From the human T2T-CHM13v2.0 reference genome, Homo sapiens: a DNA stretch of 64,000 nucleotides. The number at the start of each line of letters is the position of its first letter. The first letter of the stretch is position 1. The DNA is taken from the NCBI RefSeq assembly GCF_009914755.1, contig NC_060932.1; one strand, 5' to 3'. The notes under the pieces were generated by a model, which was not told the DNA's origin, ran no database searches, and saw only the letters and a list, made by a program, of their open reading frames with translations. Below are positions 58,460-64,000 of this stretch, piece by piece. The position numbers and the translations under genes were made by a program.

Positions 58460-59365
58460 TCTATGAAAAGAAGCACATTGCTTTGCCAGCCATAACATGC
58501 ACCAGCTGTGTGACCTTGAGCCAGATGCTTAATCACACTGGGCATGTTTCTTAATCTGGAAGCTAGGAAAAATACGTTTTTCTTACAGGGTTGTTTTGAG
58601 AATTAAATGGAATATTAAAGTGAAAGTACAGTCTTTAGACACAATATTTCTCAAAGATTGGTCCATGAACTCCCTGCATCAGGTCATTTGAAGTTTTAAT
58701 GAAGTCTTCGATGCCAATCCACGTCATTAGATGAGGACCAGGTACACAAGTTGGCATTTTAAAAAAGCATTTTAACAAGTTCATTAGGTCTAGTGTACTC
58801 ATGGGGCTGTGAGGTCCAATCTGGGTTTGGACAGAGGACAGAGGACAAAAGAGGAGCCCAGCATTTCAGCATCAAGTCAGCATGCTGCCTGTTCTATTCT
58901 CACCAAGTATCCTGGTTTTGAGTTCCCAGCATTGCTGTCTTGGATTCCAATTCACCCTTTGTGCTGCTACCAGAGTTATCTTCCTAAATATAAACCTGGC
59001 CATGCTGCTTCCCGATCCTGAGTACAGGCACCCAACCTCAACTCTCTGCCCTTCTGGCCTCCTTCAACTGCCTGCATATACTCTGTCCAGGGTGGTCTCA
59101 ATTCATGCAAACCCTGGTTGTTTTGGTCACATTTCAGCTTAAATGTCTCTTCCTCAGGGGGACCCTCCCTAGCCTCCCAGTCACTCCTAACGATGTATAT
59201 ATATTTTACTCTCTGCTAAAACCAAATGTCTACTACTGATAATCCCTTGGTTATGTGATTGTCTCTTTCCACTAGGAAGTAAGGGTAGATAGCCTGTTTG
59301 CTTCTATATGTACTACCTATCCCTGTGCCTGCTACATACTAGGTACTCAATAAATGTATGCTGCA
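58460..59365 (+). mobile_element. Cluster: MIR (about 58460-58635), MER5-type (about 58640-58790), L2 3' fragment (about 58900-59365)
   Basis: 'cagctgtgtgaccttgagc'; 'tttctcaaagattggtccatgaac'; 'ttaaatgtctcttcctcaggg...taggtactcaataaatg'. Confidence 0.7.
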
Positions 59366-60697
59366 TGCCCCCTTAATTAATTATTGGCCTGCACCACTGC
59401 CAGCCTTGGCAAGGTTCTCACACTATATGTGTAAGGCTGATAAATACAAAAGCTGCATTTCTTACCATGCAACAGGACAACAGCAGGGTGGTATTTGCTT
59501 TGTGCAATATCTGTGCTCAGGGAAAATGAATGAATAAACAGAATTTCTGTAAACGGACTCCATTAAAGAAGGCTGGCATTTAAATAATTCTTATGAAGAA
59601 GTTTGTTAAGTGAAGCGTTTTGTCTTAATTTTTTTGTACAACTGGATATTCACGTAAATTTCACATTGGATTTCCTTAAAACAGCTCTGAATCCTTGTTA
59701 TTAACACCAAAATCACCTCACTTAAATTTTCCTACTTACTAATAAAAATAAAACTACTATATTTGGAAGAAATAATTCCTTAATAATAAAGCAATGAGGT
59801 CCAGAGAGTACTGTAAGGCACTCATGTTGTAAGTGTTCTCAGCTCCTTTAGAAACTGTAGAGCCGTGGGGAACAGCCAATGGTCCTTGCGTATGGCCCTC
59901 TGGAAAATGAACATGCATTCTGACCCCCAGAAAGTCTTGAGAAGAGACTTCACAAAGATCACTTTATAAAAAAGGCTACCCAAATGAATCTCTGCCCAAC
60001 TCCTGGACTTGATAATATATAAAAAGGGATTTTAGAGGCCCATAGATGTATTAAGAATAAAAGAAAACTACAAAAAGATGACAGCTCAATTTTGGTAGTG
60101 GCCTCCCCTCTTTAATTCAGCAAAATTATGTTCTACACAATAGTTTTCCAGCAAAGACTCTGCCATCCATCTTTCTTGCAAGTGAAAAGTGAAGTGAACA
60201 ATCTCTACTTGAGAACTTTAATTGGTTCTGCTGTGTGTGTCCTTTGGGCTGGTGAGTTTCAAGTGAGCTGACAGCAGATGAGCGGGGAGGGTGCATGGCT
60301 TTGGTTTACAGAGCCTTACAAAAAGGAAAAATGGAAATACGAGGTTGCAAAGTAGGATGCCCAGTTAAGAAAGGAAAATCAGGCCCCTGGTAGGCTGCCT
60401 CATGATGAGATAAGTAAAGGCCTTGCCTGGAATGGTTTCTGGCCTGCTGGGGGCACAAGGCTGTCAGGAATTTACTGATGAGAACACAGGCCTAAGGGGA
60501 AGAAGTCACACCAGCCAGGTGGGCATAGGTGCCACTTAGCAGAACTCATTCTCTTCAGCTGAAGCTGAAAGCAAACAGAGGGATGAGGAAGAGTTGTTTG
60601 TTTTTTAATCTCTTTTCATCCTTTTTCAAAACTCCCTGCTACCCCTTCCACAATTGCTCTCATTACCTACAACAGACAGGTATTACACCCTATGCAC

Positions 60698-60876
60698 CAG
60701 TGGTTCTCAGTGCTGGCTGCATCCCCAGGGAAAGCATTTAAAAACTACCAAGGTTGGGGCCCCACCCCCAGGGCACTTTAACCAAAATTACTGGGGGTGG
60801 GCCCTGGAAATAAGTTATAGTAAACGTGAAACTTCCCCAGGTGATGTTAATCACAGCCAACATGGAGAACCACCCT
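60698..60876. mobile_element. MER5-family MITE
   Basis: TIR-like ends cagtggttctc...gagaaccac; 'ctgggggtgggccctgg' and 'ccccaggtgatgttaat'. Confidence 0.82.
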
Positions 60877-62539
60877 CTAAAAAGCATCACCAGAGCTGGG
60901 GAGGGGTAGGGGTGGAGGATGTCATTAAATGTGGAATGGGGTGCGGCAGCAATAAGGTGAGGTTGTCAGCTTCTTAACAACAGGAAATGTACTAACAAGA
61001 AGGAATGTGTGCAAACTCAGGAAGACACTTGGTAAGAGGAGGCAGGTGCAGTACCAAGGCAGGACAAGTTTAGCTCTTGAAAGCTGGGAGGTAAAAGAGA
61101 AAATGATATCTGCAAAGAGGCTGTAAGACTTGTGAGAAAGTTATTGGCAGAGGCTGGAGGAGGAGGTGGGGGTACACCAAGACACCTATGAAAGAAGTCT
61201 GTGGGTAGGAAAGGCGAGGTTCGTAATTTCACAACCAAATGGCAATGATTCAATTTCATACTGATGGTTCACCTTCAGACAGAGATTTTGGTGGCACAGT
61301 TGAATCAATTAAGAACTTTAAAAAAAAAAAAAAAGAAGTAATAAACAGTAGTAATGTAGTCCCTGGTACACGCTTCTGAGTGTCTACAAAAGCATCCAGA
61401 ATTACCACCTCACTCCCATGGGTAGACCTTAAGCATTACGTTGCTCTTTGAAAACTTAGTACTGCCTTGATGATGCTCTTGAGTCCTTAGAAGACAACAT
61501 TCTTGAATGTTCCTATAAATGTTTTATCTGATGCTGGTGCAACACTACACTCTGCTCTTTCCTATAATTTGCAGAAATTGGATCCCCTTGCTTGTAAATG
61601 GGTCCCATTATCTATAGTATATTCTGCTTAAGTAATATTGCTATAAGAGTATGCATTTTATTTGTAAGAAAGCAAATTGTACACATCCATCAAAATATTC
61701 ATTTACATTCACGATGGGTCTATAGCAACTCAAGAGTGCCACAGGAAACCAGTTAAGACCCACTGGCCTGCAGTTATAGTTTTCTAAGTACTACCAATGG
61801 AAATCTGGAAATTAAAACAGACGTGAAATTTATGGTTAAAAGACTAATGGGCTTGCTAAGGACCATTAGGCAAATTACATAAGATGATTATGCAAAATTC
61901 AATAATTTGCAACAAGTCTTTAATGTCTTGGTTTGGACTGGCGTCCTACTTCTGAGCTGTGTGGGTCCACTACAGAACCCCACATAGTTTTCTTCATGTC
62001 TTTATCTTTCTTGAACTCTAAATATCTTTCCTTAAAGAAAATTTACTCTAGTGGATTCTCCTCCCTGGTTTGACACTCTTTCTATAGCAGTCTAGTCTCA
62101 TGGCCCAGGATTTCATGATGGGTGTGAGGGCTTCTGAGCATGAGTCTGGGGCTACCTGGGATGGCAGCTGCCATTGCTACCTTTGGATTTTTCTCCATGG
62201 GTATCTTTTTGACCCAACAAAACCATGTTATTCTTCTTGGGCCCCGGGGCTGGTGCAGATGAACATGGCTACAATCCAGGCCTTCAGCAGAGAGGTGAAC
62301 CACAAACCACAAACCTAGCTGGCCATAACACATCTGTACCTGGCCTTCATCCACCAAAAGTGAACAGCTAATTTGGCATTTTGTCAAGTCTGATGGGAAG
62401 TTAACGTGAAAAAGAAAGACAAATATATCCATGGCTAAGTTAAATGAAGTGTGTATATGGCAGAGAGGATTGGAGGGTGGGGAGCTAGAAAGAAGATGAA
62501 ATGCAATAGTTTGAAATGCAATATCCTGGGATACACTGA

Positions 62540-62840
62540 GGCAGTCTCACAAACCTTTACCCACAATTTTGAAATGCAAAAATTTCTGAAAACAGAGTTT
62601 GTTATTTTGCTACGAAATGAGTTTGTTCCCCAAACTGACCTGAACTGACATGTGGTTAGTTTTTCTCTAACTAAATGTGAATATTCATCTACTTTGCTAC
62701 AAAAATTACTGTGTGTTGCCTGGATCCCATGGGGGTATTACATTAATATACAATGAATACACTGTATTACCTTTCTAAAAGCTGAATTCTGAAAGACATT
62801 TGGCCCCAAAGGGTTTGGCTAAGAAATGGTTGACCAGAAT
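62540..62840. mobile_element. MER46C-like Tigger MITE
   Basis: 'tattacctttctaaaagctgaattctgaaagacatttggccccaaagggtttggctaag'. Confidence 0.65.
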
Positions 62841-63249
62841 ACAGCTCCCAAACAGGCATGTTCTCCAGATTTAATCCTTTTGTAGTTTCCCCACATCTTG
62901 AGAGTATTTATCTGACTTCAGCTTTTCAATGCTTTCTATAACATTATTTTTGTAGACAGAGTTACAAAAGTAGTAGAGGGGGTGACCACCATTGAAACAG
63001 GGACAAAGCTGAGAAACAGGCACACATTCCACTCTTACACATGTGCTTTACTTCTTTGCTGCATGTTTCACTTTATTAGTCTGAGAGTTCCGATAACTAA
63101 GAGTCCCTGAACCTGCACTGTAGCATGTGTATGGTACAGGCAATATAAAAAAAATAAGGTGATGCTGATCTTGAAAAAGAAGATAGAAACTACATTTTTA
63201 TTGGTAAATATTAATATCTCAAATGAAATGTCCAGAGATTTGCTAAAAG

Positions 63250-63510
63250 GCAAATATATAAGGACAGAAAGTGAGACAGAAAAGAAAGCAAGCAATAGAA
63301 AGATTGGTGGCTTCCTGGGGCTGGCAGCAGGAATGAGAACTGCACACAGGCACAAGGGAGCTTTTTGGGGTGATAGAAAAGTCCTAAAGCTGAATTGTGG
63401 TGACAGTTCCCTAGCTCTGTACGTTTACTAAAAATCAGTGAATTGTTCAGTTGAAATTGGAGACTTTTATGGCATGTAAACTAGAACTCGATGAAGATGA
63501 TGAAAAACTC
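63250..63510 (+). mobile_element. L1ME-type 3' end
   Basis: 'ggcacaagggagctttttggggtgatagaaaagtcctaaagctgaattgtggtga'. Confidence 0.8.
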
Positions 63511-63814
63511 ATTTCCTAAATTCCTGAAGTAACACTTTTTATGTCAACACCTTCCCTTCTTTCCTGACATTTCACAGTAATGCCAGTTGAAATTTAAAAA
63601 GACAATAAATAAAACTTACTCCTAATTGTCAAGGAAAAATTAGAAATTCTTTACCCACAAATGACTGATATTACATTTAGTCAGAGAACAATCCCTTCCA
63701 GATATTCTCTTATATTTAGCAAATGAAATCTAAATTATTTTTATCTTAACATGCCATGCATACCTCTAATCACAGCATACATCACATCAACCAGTTTGAT
63801 TTTATTTACTAATC

Positions 63815-63910
63815 ATTTTGGCAAAGACAGGGTATACCCCTGAGGCAAGAACCATGTCATAGTCTTCATTGTATTCTCAGAGCCTAGTAGGTGTTCAATA
63901 AATGATTACA
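63815..63910 (+). mobile_element. L2 3' terminus
   Basis: 'tgaggcaagaaccatgtc...gcctagtaggtgttcaataaatg'. Confidence 0.75.
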
Positions 63911-64000
63911 TTATATGCAATGATTTCTTCACCAGAACTATCACTTTTCGTTTGCGTAAAAAATATAATACAAATTAAACAGACATCCCCTACCTTCTAA

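Overview
This is primate nuclear DNA, most likely human: it carries a near-consensus AluY with the Yc1-type G>A change. It is AT-rich and reads as deep intron or intergenic sequence. I found no recognisable host protein-coding exon, tRNA, rRNA or CRISPR array, and I cannot name a host gene. Much of the window is transposon relics: about 17 Alu/FRAM copies, two primate L1PA insertions (one twin-primed with a 5' inversion), old L1M, L2 and MIR fragments, ERVL/MaLR solo LTRs, and hAT/Tigger MITEs. The only recognisable proteins in the ORF track are broken L1 ORF2 fragments; the rest are Alu-derived or chance ORFs. The most notable structures not explained by ordinary repeat annotation are: (i) three ~100-120 bp segments copied in direct orientation from donors 0.3-2.2 kb away, one bracketed by a 15-bp direct repeat and two with internal deletions at microhomologies; (ii) an RFX X-box/CpG-enriched element ending on the minus strand in a pyrimidine tract plus CAG|GTGAG; (iii) a 12-bp inverted repeat built from splice-donor motifs; (iv) a degenerate TTAGGG run fused to a 23-bp minisatellite; (v) very young, possibly polymorphic events (the AluYc1 and a perfect 46-bp tandem duplication). 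I see no convincing new multi-gene system. Subfamily names come from recalled consensus sequences, and the ends of old repeats are approximate.
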